Shown: positions 19,859 through 33,734 of the stretch, one piece after another
How the letters are laid out: each line of letters starts with the position of its first letter
Numbering within the stretch: the stretch's first letter is position 1
DNA from: Anthoceros angustus
Lineage: Eukaryota > Plantae > Anthocerotophyta
Direction of reading: 5' to 3'
NCBI GenBank assembly: GCA_010909165.1
Contig: VJWM01000182.1
Span: 248,001-312,000, forward strand
Length of the DNA stretch: 64,000 nucleotides
Position numbers and translations under genes: made by a program
Notes under the pieces: generated by a model
Told to the model about the DNA's origin: nothing
Databases searched by the model: none
The model's input: only the letters and a program-made list of their open reading frames with translations

Positions 19859-22800
19859 ATGGGAAAGGCGAGCGTGAACATGGATGTTGGAGCCGATGGG
19901 GTTGCAGTCATCACGCTCGTGTTCCCACCAGTGAATGCGTTGGCAATTCCGAGTGAGTGAATTTTGTCGCGCTTCAGCCGTTGCGTGGCGCGTCAAGTCC
20001 GGTTCTGCTTTGCTGTGCATGTGCTTGGTTTGCAATCCCTGCTCATGCGGGCTGCCAGGGATGGTTACTGGTTTTGGCTCAGCGGTCGCTAATCGTGTTT
20101 CTTGTCTGCTCCCACCAATTGTTCGCTGCCTCAGTTCTGCGCGAACTGAAACAGAAGTACGACGAGGCATTGAGTCGGGATGACGTGAAGGCGATTGTTG
20201 TGACTGGTATGTCTCGCATTTTTAGTGACCACTGCTCAATTGATATGGACAGCATAAATTTGCTGCTTCATGGATCGAAGACGTGTCTAGATCGAGCTCT
20301 GGGGAGGCCAGGGGCTTGGCACGCTCTTCGCGTTTGTAGCTCTAGCTGAAGGTTACCGCTAGGTTGCTTCCTTGTTTTGCATAATTAGATGTGGATTCTT
20401 CTATCAGAAGTGGGAGATTAACCGATTGCTTGCGATAGGTGCGAATGGAAAGTTTTCTGGAGGGTTTGACATCAATGCAATTGCTGAAGTCCAAAGGACC
20501 AGTGAGTCTTGGATTTTGTGAACGAGCATTTTTCAGTGTTTGTGATCACTCCTTCCCGAAAGGCTTCTTATACTGCACGTTGACATCACACTGTTTTCCC
20601 TGTCACAGGAAGTGCTGATAGTATGGGACGTGTCTCGATAGACTTGATGGCAAATACCATTGAAGGTCCATTCCTATACCCTGCGCTGGATGATGTCTTC
20701 CTGCGGGGGATGTGTTTCTTGGTGCTCACAAAGTGCTCCCATGTGCAGCTGCGAAGAAGCCGTCAGTGGCTGCAATTTCTGGACTGGCCCTTGGTGGTGG
20801 TTTGGAGTTGGCAATGGTGCGTCTTTTCTCAATCATTTCTGTCAAGGATCGTTCTGAGTTGCACATTTGTCACTACAAAAGACGTGGCACAACTCTTAAC
20901 TCTTTTTGGCATGCATAATGGCAGTCATGTCATGCTCGACTTTCCACTCCCAAAGCCCAACTTGGTCTTCCAGAACTTCAGCTTGGTATCATCCCTGGAT
21001 TCGGAGGTGAGCTGCTGGATGGTGATGAACTATTTCGTGTTTCAAAATACAAAAGCCAAAGATCGAGTTAATTGCCAGATGTGTGTTTGAGTTTGACCTT
21101 TACTTTCACTGATTGATTGTACAGGTACTCAGCGGCTGCCTCGCTTTGTGGGATTGGCGAAGGCCATCGAGATGATGCTGGTGCCCTTTCCCCCGGGCCA
21201 TCGTTCTTTGTGCTATACAGTTCTAATATGCAGAGGAGCCTCAGGGTTCAACATCATACTTGAGCCATCACCTGTTCCTGTCTCTGTTGCAGCTTTCCAA
21301 GCCCATCAAGGCCGAGGAAGGAAAGGAGCTTGGCCTGATCGATGAGATAGTTTCATTTGATGATCTCCTGAGTGCAGCCCGCAAGTGGGCTCTGGACATT
21401 GCTGCATTTCGCCGTCCTTGGGTCCTGTCACTCTACAGGACTGACAAGTTGGAGCCGCTTGGAGATGCTCGGCAGATTCTGAAGTTTGCAAGGGAGCAAG
21501 CCAAGAAAACGGCCCCAGATTTGAAGCATCCTTTCTTGTGTTTGGATGCTGTAGAGGAAGGTGTCGTGCGGGGGGGTTATGCTGGCCTGCTGAAGGTATG
21601 CTCTCGTCTACTGTGTATCTTTCCCACTGCGTGCTGTGTGCTGAGGAGTTGAGCAGAGGAAAAAGTCGTTCAAAGTTGATTGGATGTTCTCCATGCAGGA
21701 AGAGCAAGTGTTTTTGGAGGCTCTGTATTCAGACACAGCTAGAGCCCTTGTTTACATATTTTTTGCACAAAGGGCAACAACAAAGGTAATTCTAGGCCTC
21801 TCAGGTTCTGCATATGGCAAGATTGGTCCGTTGTAATTTTTTACAATTGAAATCGAATTCCTTGTTCACTGGTTCTATTTTGCCCAGGTTCCGGGTGTCA
21901 CAGACTTAGGTCTGAAGCCTAAACAAGTGAAGAAGGTTGCTGTCATTGGAGGCGGACTTATGGGCTCTGGCATTGTCACGGCTTTGATCATGAACAATAT
22001 CCCTGTACTTCTCAAGGAAGTCAATGAGAAGTTTCTCGAGCAGGGCCTTGATCGGATAAAATGTAATTTATTGCGCAGGAAAGTTTCTTATCAGAAGTAG
22101 ATGCTAAATAGTGCTGAGCAGCTGTTTTGTGGGACTGCAGCGAATCTGCGAAGTCGTGTTGTGAAAGGTGCTATGACAGAGGACAGATACAAGAAAACGT
22201 TTTCATTGGTGAAGGGAGTTCTTGATTATGAGGACTTTTCTTCTGTTGATCTTGTCATTGAGGTATGGCCACTTGACAGACGTTTGCTCGTTTGCACATA
22301 ACTTTATTGGGATGTTTCTTGGATGAGAATATTTCTTGTTTGCATGTGTGAGCACTTGCAGGCTGTCATTGAAAATATACCTCTCAAGCAACAGATCTTT
22401 GTTGATATTGAGAAGTACTGCTCTCCCACATGTGTTTTGGCAACAAACACATCAACCATTGATTTAAATCTTATCAGTGCTAAGACACGGTCAAAGGACA
22501 GGGTTGTTGGAGCCCACTTTTTCAGGTACTCAGGTGTCGTGTCGTGTGCAGTGTTCCTTTTTGTCTTTATTTTACTGGTTAGCTTCCTTTAGAAGCCTTC
22601 TTGGTTTCTCTGACCCCATGGCGGCATCTGTGTGACAGCCCTGCCCATGTCATGCCACTGCTTGAGATTGTCCGCACCGAAAAGACATCTCCTCAAACTA
22701 TTCTGGATCTCATGGATTTGGGAAAGAACATCAAGAAAGTTCCTGTAGTGGTTGGCAATTGCACCGGATTTGCTGTCAATCGAGTGTTCTTCCCGTACAA

Positions 22801-23948
22801 CATGGCTGCTGTCATGCTGGTAGATCTTGGTGTTGATCCATATCGGATTGATGCTGTCATCAAAAGCTTTGGCATGCCAATGGGGCCTTTCCGGTATACG
22901 TTTTGCTGATTGCATTTGTCCGTCCAGAAGGTCTTGGATGGTAGTATTTGGTGGGCCTAACTCTCAATTGTCTTTCTGTACAGACTCGTGGATCTTGTTG
23001 GGTTTGGAGTGGGAGTGGCGGTGGGGAAGCAATTCGTGGACTCTTTTCCAGATCGGGTGTACAAGTCTGCTTTGGTTCCAATGATGCTTGAAGATGGCCG
23101 TGTTGGTAAGCTGTCCTGTGTGGTTTGGCTCGTCTTTAAGTGCTGTTTGTGGTACATTTTGCTTTGACTGGGCAACGTCATGTGCAGGTGAGAGCAGTCG
23201 GAAAGGGTTCTACCAGTATGATGAAAAGCGAAGACCGAGACCCACTCCCGAACTTCGGGAGTATGTGGAGAAGTCACGGAAAATTGCGAATATATTACCG
23301 GGCGGCAAGGTGAGCCTCTCATGTGGATGGGGTTTTGCTTTGAACCTATCTGCACATGGGGTCTCCAACTATCCTCCCTCCCTTGTGTGCAGCCCATCAC
23401 TGTGACAGACCAGGACATTGTGGAGATGATTTTCTTCCCTATAGTGAATGAAGCCTGCCGCGTTTTGGATGAGAGGGTGGTCATTAAGTCTAGTGACCTT
23501 GATATTGCCAGTGTGCTGGGGATGGGTTTTCCCGCCTACAGGTATGTTTCAGACACAGAATATCTTATGTTGATTCCTGCAGCTGTTTGTTGTTTTGAAA
23601 TCTTGTACGGACCTGTAAAACCTCTGGATGGTCCCTTGGTGCTCACTACTATTTTGTGTCTTTGCAGAGGTGGTATCGTCTTCTGGGCTGATCTGATTGA
23701 TCCCAAGTACATCGCCACCAGATTGAAGAAATGGTCTGAGACATTTGGCGACTTTTTCAAGCCCTCTTCGTACTTGGAAGAACGAGCTGCAAAGGGTCTT
23801 AAACTGGTGAGTGGTTTTTCCTTCGAAGATTCTGTGAACAAGTTAGCTCGTGCTCGTAGCTAAGAGCTGTCCTTGTTCGGTTATTTCGCAGGGCGGTGCG
23901 GCCGGTTCGAGTGCTCCATCTCAAAGCCAGACTAAGTCTCGATTGTAG
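19859..23948 (+). CDS. AIM1: Peroxisomal fatty-acid beta-oxidation multifunctional protein (AIM1/MFP2 family), multi-exon
   Basis: [76 protein letters not shown]|[22 protein letters not shown]; terminal exon ends KSRL* (PTS1). Confidence 0.95.
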
Positions 23949-24479
23949 GCAGTGTGGTTTTTGGTAGCATTTGCCTGACAAGAAGCAGGAGTGGTATTGA
24001 TGTGAGTGTGGGAAGAACATTCCCATCCAGCCCAAGTTGCGCCTTGCAACCCTGGTTATCATGATACTTTCCCCTATGTATGTATATGGCCGTAGGGACA
24101 TACTTTGTTGCAAGTGAGTGGATTTGAGTTGCTATTTACATTTAGGCCTCTTCACGATCGAGGACAGTAACGGAGAGAGTAGCACATGGTTGTCACAGTT
24201 CATACTCCAGTTTTTATGCAACTGAATGTTGTCTGAATGCCGGACGCGGCGACCAGCAGCATGTCGATGAGGCGGCCTGAGATTCAGGTGGAGTACCTAT
24301 CCACTTACGGAATTTGTTTGCGCATAATTTAGTGGAGTCGGTGGCCGCTGCCATATGGTACATCAAACTGTCACAAGCGCAGCACCCCCTTCGGTGAGGA
24401 AAAAGTCGGAAGTCTACCTATGGTGAAACAGACTGCAATTGCATCGCACTCTGTGTCGGCCAAGAGAATGCACTCGAAG

Positions 24480-25100
24480 CTAGGAAGCAAATCCCTTGGT
24501 GCGGCCTACGGCGGCCTGTTGAGAAGCACTCCTCTCGCCAGCCTTGTCCAGGCAATATTTGGCCACCTCCCGAAACTTAGGTACGCAGCGGAGGTCGATT
24601 TTGGTGCCGTCTGTGAGTGTGAAGACGACGTCTCCCCACTCGCCAATGAATCGAGGTACAACTTGAACATCCTTGATCACGTCATAGCCGAAATCTTTGC
24701 GGTCATCGCCAGTGAGGCCCGAGAGGATGGTGACTCGCAGGTTGGTGAAGCGGTAGCGCAAGAAGAGGTTGCGGAAAACTGCAGCCAGTGTGAGCGGGAG
24801 CCACACCAGCGAGAAGCCAAACACAATGTTCACCAGCAGATCGCCGTAATGTGGCCCTCCATCGAAGAACACCTCCTCCTGCGACCCTGCACCTGCGCGG
24901 TCGCTTCCGCCTGATGCCGCCTGCCTCCGCACCTCACACCTCCTCCTTCCGGGAACTGGCAGCGGAGCCAAGCCAAGCGCATTTCCCGGCGCTGGTCTGG
25001 ACAATCTGACCACCGAGCAGGAATTCACAGAAAGCGAGGACGTCGAGGCGATTTTACTGGCAAGAAGCGGCGGCGGTGACGCGAATGCTGCCGTCGCCAT
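24480..25100 (-). CDS. Plastid-targeted bacterial-type PH-domain (bPH_2-like) membrane protein, intronless
   Basis: Ser/Ala/Arg-rich transit-peptide-like N-terminus, then EEVFFDGGPHYGDL..WLPLT..LRYRFTNLRVTILSG..PRFIGEWGD..LRCVPKFRE, which resembles recalled cyanobacterial bPH_2 proteins. Confidence 0.8.
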   Translation of the reverse strand: MATAAFASPPPLLASKIASTSSLSVNSCSVVRLSRPAPGNALGLAPLPVPGRRRCEVRRQAASGGSDRAGAGSQEEVFFDGGPHYGDLLVNIVFGFSLVWLPLTLAAVFRNLFLRYRFTNLRVTILSGLTGDDRKDFGYDVIKDVQVVPRFIGEWGDVVFTLTDGTKIDLRCVPKFREVAKYCLDKAGERSASQQAAVGRTKGFAS

Positions 25101-25619
25101 GGCCGGACTCTTCCTTGCTTTCTGCCTGCTCTTGTTGCAACCAGCTGGTTCACCACTTCCTCCACCTCGAGCACCTTATCTGTTGCATCAAGGAGCTGAA
25201 AAGCTTTACATGCAACTAACGAAGTTTAGGATTCAGGAAGTTTAGGGTAAAATGCGCTCTTGGCCGCGCGGGAAGATCGACCCGTGTAGAGTTCTGAGTC
25301 GCGACTCGCGACTCGCTCTTTGTACGTCCCTGAGAGCAAATGCACAGAGCACGGTGCCCTGGCGCGAACTGCATGCACGTCTTGCATTCATTGTCCTTCT
25401 TCATGCTCACGTCGTACATACCCCTACTCCCAGCAGACGGAATTTGGATATTGGCATGGTTTCTCGGTGTTGCGCCTTTGGTTCTTGGAGCAGGATTCAT
25501 GTGCTCATATTTCTGGTAATTCGCACACATGTTTGCTGATGCCATTGCCTGCAGCTGTGGCTGCGTCTGCGTCTGTAATTCCGCCTCAATAGCAGATTTT
25601 ATTTTTCCGAGAGGCTCTC

Positions 25620-27564
25620 ATGGCATCGCATAGGTTTGGGAAGCCGCAATTGTCATTCCAGCTCGCAATTGCTCCTCAATTGAGCGCGGAAGTTCATGTA
25701 GATGGAAAATCGTTGCCTGTTCTTGGCATCGGGGCCTCCGGGAGTCACACCTTATCTCAGCTGCCTTGTTTGCTTGCCATCACTTCCCTTTGTGTCGGAT
25801 TCATCGTTGTGGCTAGTGTGTCACTCGTGAAATTTTCGCTGGCAACTTCTGTACATCCGTATCAGCTCAGTGCTGACCCTGGAGGGAAGAGGTACCTGTA
25901 TTGGGGATATGGAGTGGATTGCCCTGGCAAAAACTGTTTAGTCTGCGGAGGACTAGGGCATCAGGAATCAAGCCTTCGTTGTGCCCTGGAGGAAGCAGCC
26001 TTTCTCAACAGGTAATGGCAGTGAGCTAAGATCTTTCCCCCCTGATGAGTGCCATTTTTCCCCAGCTGTTTCTGCGTCCAATTTTAATATGTGTCTTTTG
26101 CAAAAGATTTGCGGCGCCATTGATTTGGACAAGAGCCATTCTTAACACTTGACTACCGTGCTGTTCCTTAGGACATTCGTTATCCCATCCAGATTATGTC
26201 TGGCCAAGAAACACAACGCAAAAGTGGCCCTTGCCCAGTCTGCAACCCCCGCTTTGGACCAGCAGTGAGTGCTTTCCGCATATCTTGATTAACAACATGC
26301 CTTTGGTCCATTCGATCAACCTATTTCGGCTTCGTGCATCGTGGACAGGTGGGACGCCCAGAGCTGTCCTATTGAATCAGTATATGACATTGAGCTATTG
26401 TCGAAGACGATACCGGTGATTCTTGACAGCTCTGCAGAATGGCAGAATGTTGTGCGCTTGGCAAACAGAGGACTCATTAGAGAAGCTCGTGTTCAAAACA
26501 CGAAGCCCGAAGAGCTGGAAGACTTCGAACACATGACCATCATCAACCGAACTGCTAACCCTCTTGCATGGTATGAAGTCGTACCTGATGACACATTCAG
26601 CAGAGCAGGCACGGGAAATTGAATTAAAGACTTCGTTCCTGGAGGTTGTGGCTTTTTGCGTCTTACTCAGTTGCTGAATGGGTAGGTTCATGGAATGTAA
26701 GAACCGCCATAATCACAGTGCCCTCACGATTCCCTATTCGATGCTTCGGGATATGGCAGCTCAATCTCTTAGGGAGGTTGCTGACAAGGTGTGGTCCCTC
26801 TCCATGCACAACAATGGCTCCTTAAATTATGAACTAGTTGTTGTGCTGCCATCTTCGTAACTCTGTAGGCCAGTGTTTAGTGTCTTGTAGTGTATTGCTT
26901 TAACCTGCAGTTTAGTCTCTGCAATTGTCACGAGCTGTTTGTCATCTCCTTTGATATGCAGATCAAGCAGCAACTCGGAGACTACGATGCTATTCACGTT
27001 AGGAGGGGTGATAAGTTGAAGTTGAAGAAAGACAGGTTTGGTGTTTACAGGACAACGTATCCTCATCTCGACAGAGACACTCAACCACAGGCCATCCTGA
27101 ATCGCATCAAAGATTGGATACCAGAGGGGCGCACCCTCTATATCGCCTCTGATGAGAAGAAACCGGGATTCTTTGATCCCATCTCTGAAAGGTAGACACG
27201 TTGGATTCCAATTTTGACCCTGCCCTCGTTATTACTACAATCTTGGCTTTTAGTGCACTTGACATTGTGGTATTCCCCCACCTGTCTGGCAACCTTCAGG
27301 TACAGAGTGTTTCGGTCTACGAATTTTAAGACCCTGTTGGAGCCAGTGGTTCACAACAATTACCAGTTGTTTATGATTGATCGTCTAGTTCTAGCAGGAG
27401 CGAAAGTGTTAGTCAAGACATGGAAAGAACAACCAGCAGATCTTTCTCTCAGTGATGATTTGAAAAAGGCGCTCAAGAGATGGGAAATTCCTGTATACAC
27501 ATTCAATGATTTACCGGATGCCGAATTGAGGAGTGTCCAGGCAGCGTTGCAAGGCACAGGATAA
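25620..27564 (+). CDS. Type II membrane protein of the At2g41150/At3g56750 family (SUB1/O-fucosyltransferase-like), multi-exon
   Basis: TM segment then RYLYWG..DCPGKNC..CGGLGHQESSLRCALEEAAFLNR, SCPIESVYDIELLS, INRTANPLAW, LGDYDAIHVRRGDKLK, YPHLDRDT, NNYQLFMIDRL, WEIPVYT. Confidence 0.85.
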
Positions 27565-27767
27565 TTCTAAGACTAAAACGTTGCTATGGCGTACATGTTT
27601 TCACAAGGTAATATGCATCAGCCGGCCATGAGGCAAAGACCCTTTAGGCAGCTCCTTCCGAACAGATACAAACCTCTTCTTCCGAAAAATGTCTGCACAA
27701 CCTGAATTATCCTTCCAGACAGATAAACAAGACTGCTTGCGCAACCTGGCATTTATCTTACCGGAAG

Positions 27768-29083
27768 TTACATCACTAACTCAAATTTTTGGCATGCTTG
27801 ACATTGCATGAACAAGGCAGAAATGTTAAACTGGTACTCTAACACAAACTGTGGGAATGCTCTGCAAGAGCTGGCATGCTCTTGCCACACTTCTGCTAAT
27901 CGAGCTTGCAACAAATCCAGGCCGACCTGCACCAGATAAGTGGACAAAATCACTCGGCTAAAGCACAGAAAAGCGACACGAACAAACACTGTTAACATAA
28001 CAATCAAGTCGGCCCACTACTTACTTGATCATTCTGCGTGTCCAGCTTTAATCCACAAGAACAGAAAATCACTTGCCGCTGTTGATGCAATACCCCTCTT
28101 CTGCAGATGGGACACAGCACACCGTGTTCCTGCGATTCCTTCGAGGATACCAGTCAGAATGTAAGCTTCCAACAACTACTCCCTCATACAATTGTGAAGA
28201 AGCAAAGCAAACGTGCAGGTCGGGCAATCAGGATAGTGAGGCAACATACCCCGGGTTGCGAAGAGCTAAGAAGAGCATCTACCATTTCATCCTCCCATGC
28301 TTGTGTCTTTTCATACTCCTCGAGAACAGCGGCCTCTACAAACAGCAGCTGAGCATGAGAAGCACGGTTACTCTGAACTTCTCCAAACATATGTTTATCG
28401 GCAAGTTTCCTGACAGACCTCGTGCTCTTTCCTCCATCTTACGGTCTTCATACAGAGCCTGTTCCATTGCAAGCATAAGTTCCTCATATTCCGCAAAGTC
28501 CAAAGCAGAATTCCCTTGGGGTTCGTACTGCCACAGTATGTCCATATCTTGCCCTTCTGCAGACAAGCCCTCACGCCCATAGACCGGGGGGGATGCCCTG
28601 GGGGCAGACGACCCATCGAATTTGCTGATCTCGTCTGCAACGATACTTTTCAAGCAGAGTTCCTGCAAGAAGGCCATCGAGTATTTTGAACTTGCATCCC
28701 CATGGATGTACAAATATAACACAGACGCCATGCTCATCAGGATAAAAAGGACGCACCTTATCAGTCTGCGAAGCTGATGCCAAAGTGGGAACAGACCTGA
28801 TCTTCCACAGGAGTTGACTTCTCTCATGCCGGACTCGCTTCAAACAATTCTCTCGCAGCTACCAAAACAGAACTCTCCCATGAGGCGAAATTTAGAGGAA
28901 TATAAAGGCCTCGGAAACCCTTGAACCCATGAGAAATCACTGTCCTCCTAATGACCAGAACGTCTTTCTGAAGCCTGAGTTGTAGAACGGAATTCCAGAC
29001 ATGTGGGTGTACACCTTCTCTTTCCACGGTGAAGGCCTTGCTTTGGATTTCAAGGGAAGTCTGTTGTTGCTATGGCCGTCCAT
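27768..29083 (-). CDS. RPAIN: RPA-interacting protein (RPAIN/RIP-like), multi-exon
   Basis: MDGHSNNRLPLKSKARPSPWKEK|LRENCLKRVRHERSQLLWKIR (N domain), YEELMLAMEQALYED, and a C-terminal Cys/His cluster EHASSC..P.F..LFMQCQACQKFELVM*. Confidence 0.85.
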
Positions 29084-29411
29084 ACCGTAGATATTCGTCG
29101 CAGACCAAGCTGTTGAATTTGTACAAGAATGCGGATTCTAATTCCAGTTTTTGTGAGCTCGACTACTTTGGTAGAAAAGCCCTAGATAAAGCCCTAGGTG
29201 ACCGGGAGGATGACGGGATGACAGGCAGAGCGAGGCTGAAGGTTCTGGGCTGCAACGAGACGGAGGGCTGAAACGAGACGAAGCTGGAGCCCCGAAGGAC
29301 GGGGTCAGCAGGAGATTTGTGCCCGGCACTGAGAGGAAGCGGGAGCTGCAGCAAGTTGAGCAGAGGTTCTGTGGCTTGATTCGAAGCGTAGCTGCAGGAA
29401 ATTGGGCAGCA

Positions 29412-30610
29412 ATGCGGCCTCCACGAGGAGGTGGCAGTTTCAGGGGCGGGGGTGGAGGCTTTCGGGGAGGGTCTGGGGCCCGTGGAGGGGGGGGCTTCAG
29501 GGGCCGGGGAGGAGGAGGTGGTGGTGGTTATGGAGGCTACTCCGAGGGCCCTCCCGAAGAAGTTGTGCGTAAGTCTCCACTCTCGTCGACCTTTTTTCCT
29601 GCTAGCTAGCTGCATAATTCAGCAGAAAAGAGGTATCTTCATCTGAATGACCTCTGAGGAAGTCTGGTTGTCATCCGAACACCATGCCGTTGTGTTTGAA
29701 ATTGGACGTGTCTCATCTCTTCTGGCCTTTAGGTTTTATAGAGGGCTATGAAATGTGGATGACAGAGTGGCCTTGGCCTATCTCAAACATGACGCTTGAG
29801 ACTGTGGTGCATTCTGGGGAACACTCCTGATGCCGTATTACTGTTGTGGCCTTCTGGCTTCCAGAAGTGGCAGTGTTTTTGCATGCCTGTGAAGGAGAAG
29901 CTGTTACCAGGTTGACCAACGAAAAGATCCCCTACTTCAATGCCCCTATATATCTTGAGAATAAAACGCAGGTTGGCAAAGTCGAAGAAATCTTCGGACC
30001 CATAAATGACGCGGTGAGTCTTGTGCTTGAGGAGGATAGCCTTCCCATGTAACCTTGTGCTGTTGTCTCTTTTCCACAAATGGTTGATGTGGGCCTTGTA
30101 CTGCAGTACTTCTCTGTGAAGATGCAAGAGGGTATCATTGCCACATCCTATAAACCCGGGGATAAGTTCTTCATCGATCCCAACAAGCTCCTTCCTCTTC
30201 AAAGATTTCTCCCTCCTCCTCCGTGAGTATTTGTGATCCAGAGTGTATGTCGCTGTACCTGCAGTGCAATCTGTTGCTTTCGAGTGACGTAGCATCTGTT
30301 GTCCGTGTTCACAGAGGACAAAAGAGCGCAGGTGGTGGCGGTCGTGGTGGTGGAAGAGGTGGAGGTAGAGGAGGTACTTCCGGGAGGCCTCATGCCTACA
30401 TGTTTTTTTGGTTCAGTCTCAAATGATCTGACCGCCTTTGTTATTTTAGGACGAGGAGGCAGAGGAGGTCGGGGTGGTGGATTTGGCGGCAGAGGGGGTG
30501 GCTTTGGTGGCCGAGGTGGTAGTCGGGGTGGTGCAGGTGGTTTTAGGGGAAGGGGCGGAAGCACCGGTCGTGGTGGTGGCGGGTTCAGAGGAAGAGGAAG
30601 GGGAGGATAG
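29412..30610 (+). CDS. GAR1: H/ACA ribonucleoprotein complex subunit GAR1, multi-exon
   Basis: RGG-rich ends flanking [74 protein letters not shown]. Confidence 0.96.
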
Positions 30611-31014
30611 AAACTGGAAGGAAAAGTTTCAGGCCAGCAGCCCAATTGGTGAGCCTTTGCCTTGCCAACAGTCGGCCAGCCCAAAAGTAGTTCAGCCGCA
30701 CTAGACCAGGCGAATTTGGATCCTTGCCCCAGTTTTGTCGGAGAGGGAGTTCCTTCAGAATGCCAGAAGGATTTGTTCCATCCATTCCATTTATGTATTG
30801 CAAGAAGATACTTTCAAATGAGTTTGCGGAGCGGCAGGCCGAAACCCCTGGGCAACAATGTGTTGCGCTTTGCTCCTTTTCTCATCCGTCAATACCGCAT
30901 GATGGCAACAAATGTACTACTTAGGTGAAGATCTATGACTTGAAAGCAGCATTGATACACACGAGCCCCACGCACGTCGCCCTTGACTTCTAATATGCAT
31001 GCCTCTGCATGTCT

Positions 31015-32484
31015 TTAAAAACCCTCGCTGGACGACAGTGGACGTTGAGCTTCAAGAAGCGAGTGCGTCTGAGAGTCACTCTCTCCTCCGTTTACAGTGT
31101 CTTCACCCTCGCTGTCAATGTTTGGGAGCTCGGCGCTGACTGCAAATTTTGCCCACCTATTGGCCTTGGCATACTCCAAGACTGGATAAAGCATCACACC
31201 CACCAGAGCCCATCCAACGCTGAAGATGGCGATTTTGAGAGAAGCTATATACATGACCACAACGAGGAGGATGGAAGGCGCCAGACACATTAGGGTGACA
31301 CCAACGGTCCCCAAAGGAACTCTGTAAGGTCTTGGAAGATCCGGTCGTTTGATTCTGAGCCAAATGTATGCTGCAAACTCGAGGAGCATCCCGTAACAGT
31401 AGAGATAGTTGAGGAGCTCGATGATTTCTTGGAAGCTCATAGATGACAAGAGCAAGACGCCGGTAGCGGAACACAAAATACCCAGCAAGGGTGTACCATA
31501 CTTGGATCTCCTGGCGAACACCTCGGGGAGCATTCCCCGCTCTCCCATGCCCAGCAGCTGAAAGGCATCGCTGCTCATCTCTGCCTCGAACAATCCTATG
31601 TTGGAAACTGCGGCAGAAGCCTCCACCCACCACTTGAGACCAATCCCCCCGATAGCCATGGCCACGTCCGCGAAGTAGCCATCTTCCCAGGAATCCTGTG
31701 ACAGCTCCAAGGCTCCCGTGCCTGCCAAGAGAGGCAGGAGGTAGGAGAGGATGACTAAAACAACAGCTCCTGTCAAGGCCGTAGGGAATTGGCGAGGCTC
31801 TTCCACCTCCCCGGCCAGAGTGCTGACGGAGTCCCAGTAGTTCAGGTTCCAGAAGAGCGTGTTCAAGTAGCCCCTCCACTCCACCGACTTAAGATCCATA
31901 ACCAGCCATCTCCGGGGCTTAATCTTAGGGATGGAAATCAGGCACATGAGAACGAAGGGCAGGAGGGAAAAGATGGTGAGCACTACGGCCGTGAACCCCA
32001 CGATAGTCAGTCCCCGGTAGTTGAGATAGGTGAGAGCGACGGTGATGAACACAAGGGCAGCCAGGCGCCACGGCCCATCCTCAAATATCGGCATCGCCCT
32101 CTTCAGGTAATCCAGAAACAGGACAGGGTACAGGGCATTGTCGATGACTCCACTGAGCCACTTGAGCCAACCCTGCTGGAAGCCCCAGAAGGGGCCGAAT
32201 GCTGCCGCAACCCACACCACATAGCCACCATTTTCAGGAAACGCTGTGGACAGCTCCGCAGTAACCAGCGCCTCCGGCACACTCCACAAGAAGGGAAAGA
32301 TGATGAACCCTAGAATCGCTAAGAGAGGGCCACCGGCCTTCACCGAGTCCTCTACTCCAAAAGGGCCCCCGGACACCCCGTAGTAGATGAGGGCAATCAG
32401 AGGCAAAATCGAAAGCTTCTTGCCATGGTAGCCACCGTGAGCAGCGGGCTTAGCAGCCCCGTTGGCCTCAACTCCTCCTCCCAT
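31015..32484 (-). CDS. PUT: Polyamine/amino-acid transporter, APC superfamily (PUT/LAT/RMV1-like), intronless
   Basis: [89 protein letters not shown]; about 12 hydrophobic segments. ATG at 32484; ORF open to 32541. Confidence 0.94.
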   Translation of the reverse strand: MGGGVEANGAAKPAAHGGYHGKKLSILPLIALIYYGVSGGPFGVEDSVKAGGPLLAILGFIIFPFLWSVPEALVTAELSTAFPENGGYVVWVAAAFGPFWGFQQGWLKWLSGVIDNALYPVLFLDYLKRAMPIFEDGPWRLAALVFITVALTYLNYRGLTIVGFTAVVLTIFSLLPFVLMCLISIPKIKPRRWLVMDLKSVEWRGYLNTLFWNLNYWDSVSTLAGEVEEPRQFPTALTGAVVLVILSYLLPLLAGTGALELSQDSWEDGYFADVAMAIGGIGLKWWVEASAAVSNIGLFEAEMSSDAFQLLGMGERGMLPEVFARRSKYGTPLLGILCSATGVLLLSSMSFQEIIELLNYLYCYGMLLEFAAYIWLRIKRPDLPRPYRVPLGTVGVTLMCLAPSILLVVVMYIASLKIAIFSVGWALVGVMLYPVLEYAKANRWAKFAVSAELPNIDSEGEDTVNGGESDSQTHSLLEAQRPLSSSEGF

Positions 32485-33336
32485 CTCACCGCCCCTCCAC
32501 CCGCCTTTGTTCCTCTTCTGCTCACCAAGGCAACATGTCAAAACATTACAACATGTGCATAACGTGCCAAGTGTTGGTGTTTTGCATCATCTAGGTTGCG
32601 CACACTCGCCCACAGCTCGCCTTCACGATGCAACCATTCGACTGCCCCGCGCGGCGCCCTGCGTGCCCCCAACTCCTGCGCTCTCCGATTCATGTTCCCC
32701 CACGGCCATTTTGGCTGCATCCCACTGAACAAAACAGCCCCTCTTCTTGCCTTCTTCACGCGAGGTACAACATTTTGTTCCTTAACATTAACAATTTAGG
32801 TGTGTACATATGTACATTGTCTCCACATTTTCTTTTCTTCTTACATGTACACTATTTCAACGTTATCTTACATTCTTAATTATCTAAGATTAAAAAAAAT
32901 CCAATTATTGTAGTTCTTAGATAGTACCCAAGTCTATTTTTATTAAAGGACATCAAGGGAAGACCCAAGATTCACAGCAAAAAGGAGCAATTAAGCTTCA
33001 TGTCTAAAATGGTTTATAAAGTGACCTACAGCATCTTCGAAAAAGATATCATGTATTGACTACTCGCCATAATGGTAGCATTTCCACGCATATTGCTACT
33101 TGAATCTAGAGCCAAAAACTTCTCGAGCCAACAATGAACTCTAGGTTAAGATGATTGGAAGGTTAAGGTGTTATCGCACGAGATAAGCACTTGCATTCGC
33201 ATGAGCACTTCCTCTGCAGATAATCGAACAAAACAAATCTATGGAAATATAGTATTAATTACTTATCTTTTAGTAAGTAATTAGTATTAATTAATTCTAA
33301 CCAATCTCTAAACTTAATCGCCTAGATTTACATGTG

Positions 33337-33428
33337 ACATGGCATTACATTGCACAGTGGTATAGAGAGGAGACGAGAAGTGTCACATGGCATTACAGTG
33401 CAAAGTGGTATAGAGAGGAGACGAGAAG
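33337..33428. repeat. 48-bp tandem repeat, 2 copies
   Basis: acatggcattaca.tgca.agtggtatagagaggagacgagaag at 33337 and 33385. Confidence 0.9.
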
Positions 33429-33734
33429 CCATTTATTCTTTATCCATTACTATAAGACATATCGAGGGATACGTTATGTTGCAACACCCAACTCTACCAT
33501 CCTTTTGCAAACATGTTCCCATCAATAGAATCTAATTTTAACCTTAGATTACAAAATATGTAGATCTCTTAGGCTTTGATATCTAGCCATGCCATGTCGT
33601 ATTCATATGTATATGATTCATTACAAAGCATATTAGTACATATTATTGAACAACTGTACAGTCTAAGATTCCAACTTATTGCCTACAATGATATAAATAA
33701 GATGGTCATACATCCATCCGCAAACGGCAAAAAC

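Noticed and set aside
12652-27564. Apparent glycosylation cluster (P4H, GnTI, O-fucosyltransferase-like), with a lectin and polyproline protein further on
   Set aside because: The genes are interspersed with unrelated housekeeping genes and act in different pathways, and the polyproline protein lacks a signal peptide. Chance adjacency in a dense genome is sufficient.
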